A DNA stretch of 64,000 nucleotides. It comes from Longimicrobiales bacterium (lineage in GTDB: Bacteria; Gemmatimonadota; Gemmatimonadetes; Longimicrobiales; Gaopeijiaceae). The notes beneath the pieces are model-generated. The model searched no databases. It saw nothing but the letters and a program-made list of their open reading frames with translations, and was not told the origin of the DNA. This document shows, one piece after another, positions 45,940 through 55,669 of this stretch. Within the stretch, counting starts at the first letter, position 1. The number at the start of each line of letters is the position of its first letter. Where the stretch lies: the NCBI GenBank assembly GCA_963664435.2, contig CAXXKM010000001.1:1376001-1440000 (forward strand). Direction: 5' to 3'. The position numbers were made by a program, and so were the translations under genes.

Positions 45940-47538
45940 ATGAGCCGCGGGCGACATCGGCGAGCCACGGCGCGTGCCGGGCTGTGGAAGGGGCTGAATC
46001 CCGCGATGGCGCTGGCCGCCAAGGGCGTCGTCCTGATCTTCGTCCTCGCCACGGTCCGGGACGTGGACGCCGCCGGCGCCGTCTTCGGCCGCATCCGCGA
46101 CTGGATCGAGGGCACGCTCGACTGGTTCTACATCCTGACCGTCTGCGCCGCCGTGCTCACCTGCCTGTTCCTGGTGTGCAGCCGATTCGGCAGGATCCGG
46201 CTCGGCGACGACGCTTCCGAACCCGAGTTCAGAACGTCCTCCTGGATCGCCATGCTGTTCTCGGCAGGCGTCGGGATCGGGCTGCTGTTCTTCTCCATTG
46301 CCGAACCGCTCTTCTATTTCGACAACAGCCAGGCCGCGGGTTACCCCAACAACCCGGTCGCCGACCTGGCGGGCGCCGTGTTGCTGGACGAGCAGCGCGC
46401 CGCGCACGCCATGCGCATCACCTACTTCCATTGGGGAATACACGGATGGTCCGTGTACGTCGTCGTCGGGCTGTGCCTGGCCTATTTCGGGTTTCGCAGG
46501 AAACTGCCGCTGACGCTGCGCTCAGCCCTGTACCCGCTCATCGGCGACCGGATCTACGGCCCGATCGGTGACCTGGTGGACCTTCTGGCGGTGTTCGGCG
46601 GGGTCTTCGGCATCGCCACCTCCCTGGGTCTCGGAGCCAGCCAGATGGCCACCGGGCTGAACGTCCTGCTCGGCGCCGATCCGGGTGTCGTCACGCAGGT
46701 CGCGCTCATCGCCGCCATCTCGCTGGCGGCCACACTGTCGGCCGTGTCCGGCGTGAGGCGAGGCATCCGCATCCTGTCCGAGTGGAACATCGTCCTGAGC
46801 GTTGTCCTGCTGGGCATCTTTCTGTTCCTGGGCCCTTTCGAATGGCTCGCCGGATTCGTTGCCACCTCCCTGGGCTCCTACCTGCGGCACCTGGCGCCCA
46901 TGTCGTTCTGGATTGCCGATGGTCCGGGGGAAGCCGCCTGGCAGAACGCCTGGACGATCTTCTACTGGGGATGGTGGATCTCGTGGGCCCCCTTCGTCGG
47001 CACGTTCATCGCCCGCATCTCCCGCGGGCGCACGGTGCGCGAGTTCATCCTGGGCGTGATGTTCGTCCCGACCGGCCTGGTGCTGCTGTGGTTCGGGGTT
47101 TTCGGCGGCAACGCCATCCACCTGGAACTCAACGCCGCGGGCGGCGTCGGAACCGCCGGGATCATGGAACTGGTGCGGGCCGCGAACTACGAAGCCGCGC
47201 TCTACGCGACCATCGGCCGGATGAGCGACCTCGGCTGGCTCACCTGGGCCATGTCCGCCATGGCCACCCTTCTGCTTGCGACCTGGTTCGTCACTTCTTC
47301 GGACTCCGGCACCCTGGTCATCACCACCTTCCTGAGCATGGGCGACGCTCATCCCCCGCGCCGTTTCCGCATCGTCTGGGGGCTCGGCGTGGGACTGGTG
47401 GCCGCCGTGCTCCTGCTCGCCGACGGCCTCCAGGCCCTGCAGACGGCAGCCATAGCCGCCGCCCTGCCCGTGAGCGTCGTGCTGCTGTTCATGATCGCCG
47501 GGCTGCTCAAGTCGCTGGCGCAGGATGGTGGTGAGTGA
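45940..47538 (+). CDS. BCCT-family (betaine/choline/carnitine) transporter
   Basis: SWIAMLFSAGVGIGL, FHWGIHGW, WTIFYWGWWISWAPFVG.FIARISRGRT, FVTSSDSG; start approximate. Confidence 0.95.
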   Translation: MSRGRHRRATARAGLWKGLNPAMALAAKGVVLIFVLATVRDVDAAGAVFGRIRDWIEGTLDWFYILTVCAAVLTCLFLVCSRFGRIRLGDDASEPEFRTSSWIAMLFSAGVGIGLLFFSIAEPLFYFDNSQAAGYPNNPVADLAGAVLLDEQRAAHAMRITYFHWGIHGWSVYVVVGLCLAYFGFRRKLPLTLRSALYPLIGDRIYGPIGDLVDLLAVFGGVFGIATSLGLGASQMATGLNVLLGADPGVVTQVALIAAISLAATLSAVSGVRRGIRILSEWNIVLSVVLLGIFLFLGPFEWLAGFVATSLGSYLRHLAPMSFWIADGPGEAAWQNAWTIFYWGWWISWAPFVGTFIARISRGRTVREFILGVMFVPTGLVLLWFGVFGGNAIHLELNAAGGVGTAGIMELVRAANYEAALYATIGRMSDLGWLTWAMSAMATLLLATWFVTSSDSGTLVITTFLSMGDAHPPRRFRIVWGLGVGLVAAVLLLADGLQALQTAAIAAALPVSVVLLFMIAGLLKSLAQDGGE

Positions 47539-47706
47539 GCGGCGTAAGGAAGATTTCTTTTCCAACGAAGACGCTAACGAAACCGAACGCCTTGAATCTT
47601 TCTTAGAGCGGCGCCATCTTGGGATTCACCCTTCGGTTCCACGTCCAGCGATGTCCCTGCCGCACAGACGGCGGAGAGCACTCGCTGGCTGCGATTCCCA
47701 TACCAG

Positions 47707-48876
47707 ATGCGCCGCGAATCCACAGGCACTTACGAAGTAACCGTCGGTGGCGGAGAGACCGTGCGGGCCTTCGTACCCCGGCCTCTCCCGCCTGTCCCGG
47801 AAGTCGATTTCCGCGAGGGTCTCCGGCGTCCGCTCGAAGCGGCCACGACCGCCCTGGGACGGCTCGATGCGGTCACGGAGTTGCTGCCGGATGCAGCCCT
47901 CTTTGTGTACGGCTATGTGCGAAAAGAGGCCGTGCTGTCTTCTCAGATCGAGGGCACCCAGTCTTCGCTGGCCGACCTGATGCTCCACGAGGCGGGCGGT
48001 GCGCCCGGTGCCCCCGTCAGCGATGTGCTGGAAACGTCGAACGCCGTGGCGGCCCTGAATCACGGCGTCGAGCGCCTGCGGGGTGGCTTTCCGTTGGCCA
48101 ATCGCCTCATGCGGGAGATGCACGCCAGGTTGCTGGCGAGCGGCCGCGGGGCGGCGATGATGCCGGGCGAGTTCCGGCGATCTCAGAACTGGATCGGCGG
48201 CTCACGTCCCGGCAACGCGGCCTTCGTGCCACCACCACCCAACCATGTCCAGGAATGCATGGCTGACCTGGAGCGCTTCATCAACGCCACGGACGACGGA
48301 CTTCCCGTTCTCGTCAAGGCCGGACTGGCGCATGTGCAGTTCGAGACCATCCACCCTTTTCTCGATGGCAACGGCCGGCTGGGACGATTGCTGATCACTC
48401 TGATGCTGTGTGACGCCGGCCTTCTCCGGGAGCCACTTCTGTATCTCAGCCTGTACTTCAAGAGCCATCGGAGCACGTATTACCAGCTCCTCAACGACAT
48501 CCGGCACACCGGAGACTGGGAAGCCTGGCTGCGGTTCTTCCTGGAGGGCGTGCGCGAGGTAGCGGAAGGAGCCTTCGCGACGGCTCGGATTGCGAGCAAA
48601 ACGATCCGGGAAGACAGATTGCGGATCGGACGCCAGGGAAGACGCGCGGGTTCGGCGCTGCGGGTGCACCAGTCGCTCGTCGAACGGCCGGTCGGCGGCA
48701 TCGCCCATCTCGCGCGGCGAACCGGCCTGTCCGCGCCGACCGTGGCCGCCGTGCTCCGGCTTCTCGAAGAACTGGACATCGTGCGCGAAGTCACGGGCCG
48801 CCAGCGTGGCAAGATCTTCACGTATGAGCGGTATCTGGCCATTCTGCGGGAGGGGACGGAGGATCCGCCCGGGTAG
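47707..48876 (+). CDS. Fic family protein (N-terminal inhibitory motif, C-terminal HTH)
   Basis: HPFLDGNGRLGR catalytic motif; SSQIEG; PGEFRRSQNWIGG. Confidence 0.95.
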   Translation: MRRESTGTYEVTVGGGETVRAFVPRPLPPVPEVDFREGLRRPLEAATTALGRLDAVTELLPDAALFVYGYVRKEAVLSSQIEGTQSSLADLMLHEAGGAPGAPVSDVLETSNAVAALNHGVERLRGGFPLANRLMREMHARLLASGRGAAMMPGEFRRSQNWIGGSRPGNAAFVPPPPNHVQECMADLERFINATDDGLPVLVKAGLAHVQFETIHPFLDGNGRLGRLLITLMLCDAGLLREPLLYLSLYFKSHRSTYYQLLNDIRHTGDWEAWLRFFLEGVREVAEGAFATARIASKTIREDRLRIGRQGRRAGSALRVHQSLVERPVGGIAHLARRTGLSAPTVAAVLRLLEELDIVREVTGRQRGKIFTYERYLAILREGTEDPPG

Positions 48877-48887
48877 GAATCAGCCGA

Positions 48888-49942
48888 TCATGCCGCGGAC
48901 AAGATCCTTCGCCAGTCGTCCGACAGCGGCCTCAGTTCCTTCGCCTGAACCCATACCTGTCGCCCCGACTGGTGGGCCTGACCGTAGGCCCAGCGTGCTA
49001 TCTGATGAGTCGCGGGCCAATCGTGCAGGACCTTCAGTTCATCGAAGCCATGCTGCAGTTCGTCCCGGCGGGTACGATTCCGCTCGGTCCATCGTTCGAG
49101 GTGTTCCTCCGCGGCGAGCAGGTCCGACTTGCTCGAGTTACATCCCTGGTGGGCAAGGACGAAGTTGTGGCCGAGGTCCAGCGCGTACAGCCTCCATGGG
49201 ATGAAGTGGTCGACGTCCGAACGCGACTTGATGTTGCGTTCGCAGTAGAAGCATCGGCCCTGCTGCACTTCCCGGAGCAAAGGACGGTACGCGGCGAGAG
49301 AACTGCGTTGGGATCCGAACAGGAACGACCGCAGATCCACGATTTGTCCCAGGAGCCGTGGGTTGCGCCGCTGGACGAAGTGGGACCATGCCCCTTCGAT
49401 CATGTCGGTGACCATCGGATAGAAGGCCCGAAAGCAGTACGAGACGCCGGGTTCGAGGCGAACGACTCCACCGGCATCCAGATTCTCGTACAGAAACTCC
49501 AGGCGTTGGGAACCGACGGTCTGTAGCTTCCAGAGTGGCATCTTCCTAACCGTCTGCTCGACCTTGCGCCGCACCTGGCCCCAGTCCGCGGCACTCCTCT
49601 CGAGTTCGGCCAGAGAACCTTGATATCGGTTGTGGCGCTCCGCCAGCTCACGCACGATCGCCGCCTGCCGGCCGGTGTTCTGGCTGAGGATCCCCGAGGC
49701 GTCGCCGGCAATGAATGGCGCGACCTGGGGCCAATAAAGCCGGACAAACTGCTCCGCGATCTCGGAGGTTGATAGTTCCAGCTCAGCGCCACTATCATCG
49801 CCCCTGACCAGGCACAGGTCCGCTATGGCATGCAGCAGCGCGACTTTTAGCTGGAGACAAAGCTGCCCTCATCCAGAAGCCGTTGGAGCGAACGAAGGAA
49901 CACAAGCTGCTCTTCGGCCGTGGGCGGTCTCGGCCCGATCAT
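48888..49942 (-). pseudogene. HNH endonuclease with helical N-domain, 1-bp deletion near 49848
   Basis: ATG 49942 gives MIGPRPPTAEEQLVFLRSLQRLLDEGSFVSS*; next frame continues KVALLHAIADL...FVRLYW...MPLWKLQ...CFYC..DHFIPW..HNFVLAHQGCNSSK. Confidence 0.85.
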
Positions 49943-51132
49943 TCGTCCCAGTACGCGGCGCGCTCGGGCAGGACCCAGCGGATGCCGCCTTTCGGATCGG
50001 CCACATCCCCGTGGGAGCGAGGGATGATATGCACGTGCGCATGTTGGACGGTCTGGCCCGCCGCCGTGCCTTCGTTGAGTCCTACATTGAAGCCGTCGGG
50101 GCGAAACTCCGACTGCAATTCATTCCGCACCCGGGTCACGAGACGCCAGATGTCTGCTTGGACTTTGGCGCTTTGGTCGAAGAAGGTCTCAGCGTGAGCC
50201 TTGGGGATTACGAGCGTGTGGCCGTTGTTGACGGGATATCGGTCCCGAATGGCGATGGCGTGCCGCGACTCGGCGACGACAGAGTCCGCGGGCAGGTGGC
50301 AGAAGGGGCAGTCGGCCGGAGGAGCGGCCTTGACCGGCGGGCTGGGAGCCTCACGGATCTCGCGCGGCCACCAGATTACTCCCTCGAGGAGTTCGGTGGG
50401 GTCCCGGGATGCAGTGAGCGCGGAGATATCGTCTAGGTGGCGGGCCATGACCACGGCCGATATCGCGGCGTCGAAGGCATCGTCCGAAGAAGCCGCTCTG
50501 CGCGCGAGCATGTCGTCGATTTCAGGAAAGCCGCCCGCCAGGAGCGCCTTGCGCGCGGAAGGATCGGATTTGTTGACCGGCCCCGTTAGAAGCCGCGGAT
50601 AGATCTCGATCACCAGGGGAGCAGTGACCTCGTGAAAGGGCCAGATCGAGAAGCCGGCTGCGCGAAGTGTCGCCAAGTGAGGCATCCCGCGGATCGAGCC
50701 CGTGCCGACTGCGCCCGCCCCGCCAATCTGGAAGACGCTCTTGGGAAACGAGCCCTTCGCTCTGGCCGCGTCGTCCGTGACCCGAAAGTGCGCGTTCAAG
50801 TCCGGCTTGGGTTTCTTAGGTCTTCCCCAGAACGGGGGCGGGCAATCGCGCAGCCATTCCTCGCCCTGCTCGGCAGCAAGGTCCCACACGTCTTCGACCG
50901 ACCTCGCACCCCGTTCTGCCGCAAACCAACCGGGAAAGGAGAACGCGAAATCCAGGCCGACGACCAGATCGGGGTCCTTCTTCGCATCGTTGATCAGATG
51001 CGTGACTAATTCGCGACGGTCGCGCCCAGACTCCAGCCGCATGAGGGTACCGTCACGGACTTCGGCAAGCCAGATCCTGGATCGCGCCCCGGACTTCGCT
51101 CCGGACCAATCGACTGCGATGACGCGCTTCAT
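49939..51132 (-). CDS. Fusion of DUF429-like RNase H-fold domain and HIT hydrolase
   Basis: VIAVDWSGA, VGLDFAFSFP, IEIYP, DAFDAAISA; Pro-rich linker; CPFC, DRYPVNNGHTLVIPK, GFNVGLN, AGQTVQHAHVHIIPR. Confidence 0.88.
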   Translation of the reverse strand: MKRVIAVDWSGAKSGARSRIWLAEVRDGTLMRLESGRDRRELVTHLINDAKKDPDLVVGLDFAFSFPGWFAAERGARSVEDVWDLAAEQGEEWLRDCPPPFWGRPKKPKPDLNAHFRVTDDAARAKGSFPKSVFQIGGAGAVGTGSIRGMPHLATLRAAGFSIWPFHEVTAPLVIEIYPRLLTGPVNKSDPSARKALLAGGFPEIDDMLARRAASSDDAFDAAISAVVMARHLDDISALTASRDPTELLEGVIWWPREIREAPSPPVKAAPPADCPFCHLPADSVVAESRHAIAIRDRYPVNNGHTLVIPKAHAETFFDQSAKVQADIWRLVTRVRNELQSEFRPDGFNVGLNEGTAAGQTVQHAHVHIIPRSHGDVADPKGGIRWVLPERAAYWDE

Positions 51133-51242
51133 GGAGCAACCATCACCTACCGAAGATGTGACGAGTGTTTCCTCCTGGGTCACTTTCTGGGCCGGACCAG
51201 ACCAGTTGAGGTCGACTCCGCAACTCCCCGTGCATGGTCACA

Positions 51243-51665
51243 TCACGACTCCTTCCCGCTTGGTGCTCTGGCGGTTGAGACTTGGTCGGTACTTTCTCGG
51301 CCACCACGGAAGAGACAGTAGGAGGGGTGACATGGATTGATCGCGCGAGTCAGATCGTCACTTCCACGAATTCGCCGGGGCCGATCGCCGACCAAGTTGC
51401 GGATCTCCTCCGTACGGAGCCGGATCCTGGGCCAGGCTGTGGACATGAGCACCATCACCGCCAACCTTCTCTTCGCCAAATCTTGTTGATGCCGCAGACT
51501 TTGATCCGTGGTGATCAAGAGTTGGTAGCCATGCTCCTCGGCCATATCGATCAGGGCGCTGTTGCGGAGCTGTGCCCATCCGCGTTCGAATGCTGTATCT
51601 ACCCGATGCCTCGGAAGGTGACGTCGGAGGGGTACCGGAGTTCCCTGATCGAAGAGAACCTTCAC
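51243..51665 (-). CDS. DUF5615/PIN-like toxin; probable frameshift near 51390 replaces the native C-terminus
   Basis: MKVLFDQGTPVPLRRHL, GWAQLRN, LITTDQSLRHQQDL; typical ending AIGPGEFVEVTI* (stop 51350) is in another frame. Confidence 0.85.
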   Translation of the reverse strand: MKVLFDQGTPVPLRRHLPRHRVDTAFERGWAQLRNSALIDMAEEHGYQLLITTDQSLRHQQDLAKRRLAVMVLMSTAWPRIRLRTEEIRNLVGDRPRRIRGSDDLTRAINPCHPSYCLFRGGRESTDQVSTARAPSGKES

Positions 51666-51889
51666 CGAGTGGCGACCTCGCCCAAGGCGCGAAGCTCGTG
51701 ATCGAGAACCGTCTCAACCTTCCATCGCTCCACACCCTGAAACCATTCCAGAAACTCGTCGATCGAGGCGCCAGCCTTCAGGTTCTCGAAAAGGGCGGCG
51801 ACGGGCACGCGTGTCCCCTTGAATACCCATGCGCCGCTGACCCGAAAGGGGTGGCGTTCCACCGCGGGGCAGGTGTCCCAGTTTGCCAT
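51662..51889 (-). CDS. DUF433 antitoxin-like protein
   Basis: VSGAWVFKGTRVPVAALFENLKAGASIDEFLEWF; GAGG before ATG; stop overlaps PIN start. Confidence 0.9.
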   Translation of the reverse strand: MANWDTCPAVERHPFRVSGAWVFKGTRVPVAALFENLKAGASIDEFLEWFQGVERWKVETVLDHELRALGEVATR

Positions 51890-52052
51890 AACGACCTCCA
51901 ATTCCGATCTGATGCGTTTGGTGCCCCCACCGCGCCGCCCTGTCTCAGTAGCGTTAATGTGTGGCCCGCTGGCCGGGGTCACAACGAGGGCCGTCTTACC
52001 TGAGGCGTCTTGATGCTTGATCTCGTCGAGCGGCAGATGGGCTGAGGTCGGG

Positions 52053-52190
52053 TCACTCCTCGACCAGCCGGAGGCGCCTGCGCAGTTCCTCGAGATCTAC
52101 GGCGTTGCCCTTCCCCGCGTCGGCCCGGGCCATGGCTTCCCTCAGTCTCTGCGCGTTCTTCGGCGAGCGAAGAAGGTAGTCCGTCTCCAT
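52053..52190 (-). pseudogene. C-terminal half of a YefM antitoxin (45-aa ORF)
   Basis: METDYLLRSPKNAQRLREAMARADAGKGNAVDLEELRRRLRLVEE*; YefM ETxYLLRSPxNAxRL motif; no N-domain, no YoeB. Confidence 0.82.
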
Positions 52191-52200
52191 CCACGCCCAC

Positions 52201-55200
52201 TCACGACACCAGCCCAGCCCCCTCCTCGAGCACGATCTCCTCCATCCCCAGCCGCCTCAGCTCGGCGTTGACCTCGGCCAGCTCGTCCTCCCAGACGGTC
52301 TGGAGCCGACTCAGGTGGCCCTCGAGGCGCTCCACCATGATCTCGTAGACCGCGTACATGCCGCTCCCGGGGCGCCCGTCGCCCTGCTCGGACATTGACA
52401 GCAGGTTGGCCAGGCGGTTGTTCACCCGGATGGGAAAGTTGAGGGGATCCTGGTTGGACTGGTTGCGTACCTGGTAGATGTCCGCCTCCACCGCCGACAC
52501 GCTCTCCCGCAGGCGGTCGCTTGCGCCGGCCAGCCGCTCATCGTCCGACGTCTCCAGCCGCTCGTACAGTTGGGCCTTCATGTTCCGGATCGCGATCACG
52601 GCCGAGTTGGCCTGGTGCACCCGGTCCCGGATCTCGACCCCGAACTCGTACTGGGCGACCAGATCCTCCTCGGTGACGTCGGTGATCCAGGGGTGGCGGC
52701 GCACCTCCACCTCGGTGGTTTCGCTGCGGCCGTCGGCCGTGAGCCGCGCCGTGTACGTGCCCGGCGGGACGGCGGGCGCCATCGTACGCACGCCCCAGAG
52801 GATCATCCCCGGGAAGGTCGCGGGCGGATCCGTTCGCAGGTCCCAGCGCAGCCGGTTCAGTCCGGCGTCCATCGGCAGAGCCGGACCCGCCCAGCGATCC
52901 CGCTCCTCGCCTTCCGCCGCCGGCGCGAATGTGCGCACCACCTCGCCCGACGCGTTCACGATCTCCAGCGTCGCCTCCCCGGGCTCATCGGCAAGCCACC
53001 ATGACAGCACCACCCCGTTCGCGGAGCGGTACGCGGCGGCGGGCTCGAACAGCACCAGGTCCCGGTCCGTCATCCCCGGCTGGATCTGCCGCAGCGGCGC
53101 GACGTTGTCGAGGATCCAGAAGCCACGCCCGTGGCTCGCCATCGCCAACTCGTCGTGCTCGGGGATCACATCCGTGATCGGGATGTCGGGCAGATCCGGG
53201 TTCAGCTCCTGCCAGGAACCGCCGTCATCGTAGGAGATGTAGACGCCGTGGTTGGTGCCGGCGAAGAGCAGTCCCGCCCGGTTCGGGTCCTCGCGGATGG
53301 AGTTCACGTAGGCATCGTCCCGGATTCCGTCAACGATTCGGGTCCAGGTCGCTCCGAAATCATCGGTTTTCCATATATGGGGCCGAAAATCATCGAGCAG
53401 CGCGCGCCGCGCCGAGACATATGCCCGCCCCGCGTCGAACGCCGAGGCGTCGATGAGGCTCACGCGCCCGAAGTCGGGCATGTCGGGGGGCGTCACGTTG
53501 GCCCAGCTCTCGCCGCCGTCGCGCGTCACGTGCACGAGCCCGTCATCGGACCCCGTCCAGGTCACGTCGATGTCGACCTTGCCGGGACCCACGGCGAAGA
53601 TCGTCGCATAGACCTCGGGGCCGTTCATGTCGCCGGTGATGGGGCCGCCGGACCGCCCCAGCGTCATGGGGTCGGCACGGGTGAGGTCGGGGCTCAGGAC
53701 GTCCCAGTTGGTGCCGCCGTCGGTGGTCCGCCAGAGCCGGTTCGACGACGCGTACAGCACGTTGGGATCGATGGGCGAAAAGATGATGGGAAAGGTCCAC
53801 TGCCACCGTTCGACCATGTCCAGGGCCGGCTCCCCGGAGTAGAACCAGGGGTAGGGATTGACCTCGCGCGAAGTGCCCAGGCGCCGGTTGAACCTGTCGA
53901 TGTATCGGCCGTTGTTGGTGCCCGAGAAGAAGACGTCGAGGTCCTTGGGGTCGGGCGCGATGTAACCCGGCTCTCCGCCCCCGGCCACGTAGTGCACCCC
54001 CATCGAGCCTTCGGTGATCGCGGGTGCCCGGGCGCCCGAGTCGCCGGCGGTGTCGGCCAGCGCCGACGCGAAGCGCCCCGCGTTCCAGTCCGACGGCAGG
54101 CAGAGCGTGCTGTTGTCCTGCTGCGACCCGCAGATGTGGAAGGGGATGTGCGCCGTCGTGACGCCGTGGTAGAACTGCGCCGTGGAGAATTCCTGGTCGG
54201 TCCAGTCGCTGCCTGTGGCGTAGCTGACCGCGCCGCCGCCGTCGTTCGCGACCACCACGTGCGCGGGGTCGTCGGGATCGATCCAGAAGTCGTGGAAGTC
54301 GACGTGGGTGCCGTTGTTGATGACCTCGTAGGTGGCGCCGCCATCCGTCGAGCGGAAGAACGAGGTGTTCTGCACGTAGACCACGTCCTCGTCGTGGTGG
54401 TCCGCGAAGACGTGCGTGTAGTAGAAGGCGCGCTGCCGGATGCGCCGCTCGTCGTTGATGAGCTCCCACGTGGCGCCCGCGTCGTCCGAGCGGAAGAGGC
54501 CCCCGTCGTCGTGCTCGAAGAGGGCGTAGACACGGTTCGAATTCGCGCTCGAGACCGCCACCCCGATCCGGCCCACGACGCCCTCGGGCGGCATCCCCGG
54601 GTTTCGGGTCATCTCGGTCCACGTGCTCCCGCCGTCGACGCTCTTGAACATGCCGCTGCCCGGCCCGCCGGACGACATCGTGTACTCCTTGCGGAAGGCC
54701 TCCCAGAGCGACGCGTAGAGCACCTCCGGATTGTTGCGGTCGATCACGAGGTCGATGGCGCCGGTGCGCTCGTCGCGGAAGAGGACCCGCTCCCAGCTGT
54801 CTCCGCCGTCGGTGCTCCTGAAGACGCCCCGCTCCTCGCTCGGCACGCCGTACTTCCCGAAGGACGCCACATAGACGATGTCCGGATCGGTCGGATGAAT
54901 GCGGATCTTCGATATTCCGTGCGATTCCCGGAAGCCGATGTGCTCCCAGGTCTCGCCCCCGTCGCGGCTCCGGTAGACGCCGTCCCCGGGCAGGATGTTG
55001 CCGCGAATGCAGGTCTCGCCGGTGCCGATGAAGACGAGATCCGGGTCGGTCTCGCTGACCGCGACCGCGCCGATCGACGCCGTGCTGATCTGGAAATCGG
55101 TGACGGGATTCCAGTTCTCACCGCCGTCGATGGTCTTCCAAAGGCCGCCGCCGGTGGCGCCGAAGTAGGCTTCCTCGGGCCGGCCCCTGACGCCGGAGAC

Positions 55201-55461
55201 GGCGATGGAGCGACCGCCCCGGTCGGGACCGAGGTTGCGCCACGAGTAGCCGGCCAGGAAGGCCGAGTCGAGGACCACGGGTGTCTGGGCGTGGAGGGTG
55301 GATGCGAGCGGGCCCGGGCCCACCATGACCACGTCCATGATGTCCGCCATGATGTCCGCGAGAGACGAGACCCGCGCGCCGAACGGCGTGTCGGTCAGGG
55401 CGGGAGTAATTGCGGAGAGCGTCGCGACGAGTAGAATCGGCATGAATGGGAGGCGCTTCAC
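52201..55461 (-). CDS. Secreted BNR/Asp-box (VPS10/sortilin-like) beta-propeller glycosyl hydrolase
   Basis: WRNLGPDRGGRS, repeated SxDGGxTW, GSQQDNST, SHGRGFWILD. Confidence 0.9.
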   Translation of the reverse strand: MKRLPFMPILLVATLSAITPALTDTPFGARVSSLADIMADIMDVVMVGPGPLASTLHAQTPVVLDSAFLAGYSWRNLGPDRGGRSIAVSGVRGRPEEAYFGATGGGLWKTIDGGENWNPVTDFQISTASIGAVAVSETDPDLVFIGTGETCIRGNILPGDGVYRSRDGGETWEHIGFRESHGISKIRIHPTDPDIVYVASFGKYGVPSEERGVFRSTDGGDSWERVLFRDERTGAIDLVIDRNNPEVLYASLWEAFRKEYTMSSGGPGSGMFKSVDGGSTWTEMTRNPGMPPEGVVGRIGVAVSSANSNRVYALFEHDDGGLFRSDDAGATWELINDERRIRQRAFYYTHVFADHHDEDVVYVQNTSFFRSTDGGATYEVINNGTHVDFHDFWIDPDDPAHVVVANDGGGAVSYATGSDWTDQEFSTAQFYHGVTTAHIPFHICGSQQDNSTLCLPSDWNAGRFASALADTAGDSGARAPAITEGSMGVHYVAGGGEPGYIAPDPKDLDVFFSGTNNGRYIDRFNRRLGTSREVNPYPWFYSGEPALDMVERWQWTFPIIFSPIDPNVLYASSNRLWRTTDGGTNWDVLSPDLTRADPMTLGRSGGPITGDMNGPEVYATIFAVGPGKVDIDVTWTGSDDGLVHVTRDGGESWANVTPPDMPDFGRVSLIDASAFDAGRAYVSARRALLDDFRPHIWKTDDFGATWTRIVDGIRDDAYVNSIREDPNRAGLLFAGTNHGVYISYDDGGSWQELNPDLPDIPITDVIPEHDELAMASHGRGFWILDNVAPLRQIQPGMTDRDLVLFEPAAAYRSANGVVLSWWLADEPGEATLEIVNASGEVVRTFAPAAEGEERDRWAGPALPMDAGLNRLRWDLRTDPPATFPGMILWGVRTMAPAVPPGTYTARLTADGRSETTEVEVRRHPWITDVTEEDLVAQYEFGVEIRDRVHQANSAVIAIRNMKAQLYERLETSDDERLAGASDRLRESVSAVEADIYQVRNQSNQDPLNFPIRVNNRLANLLSMSEQGDGRPGSGMYAVYEIMVERLEGHLSRLQTVWEDELAEVNAELRRLGMEEIVLEEGAGLVS

Positions 55462-55669
55462 GGCAGCGTTTCCTGTGGGTTCTTGGGAGCAGGGATGGGC
55501 CGGGTCAAGCTACCGGGGCGACGGAGGATGCAACAAGCGGGCGGGTGGCGGATCTCCGATTCCTGTTGCTCCCTTCCGCCCGTTTTTCGTACTCTATGGC
55601 CATGATCGCGCCTCGATTTCCCGACACCGGAGCACCACACTCAACGAGACTCGCACACGCCGCCGGTCG

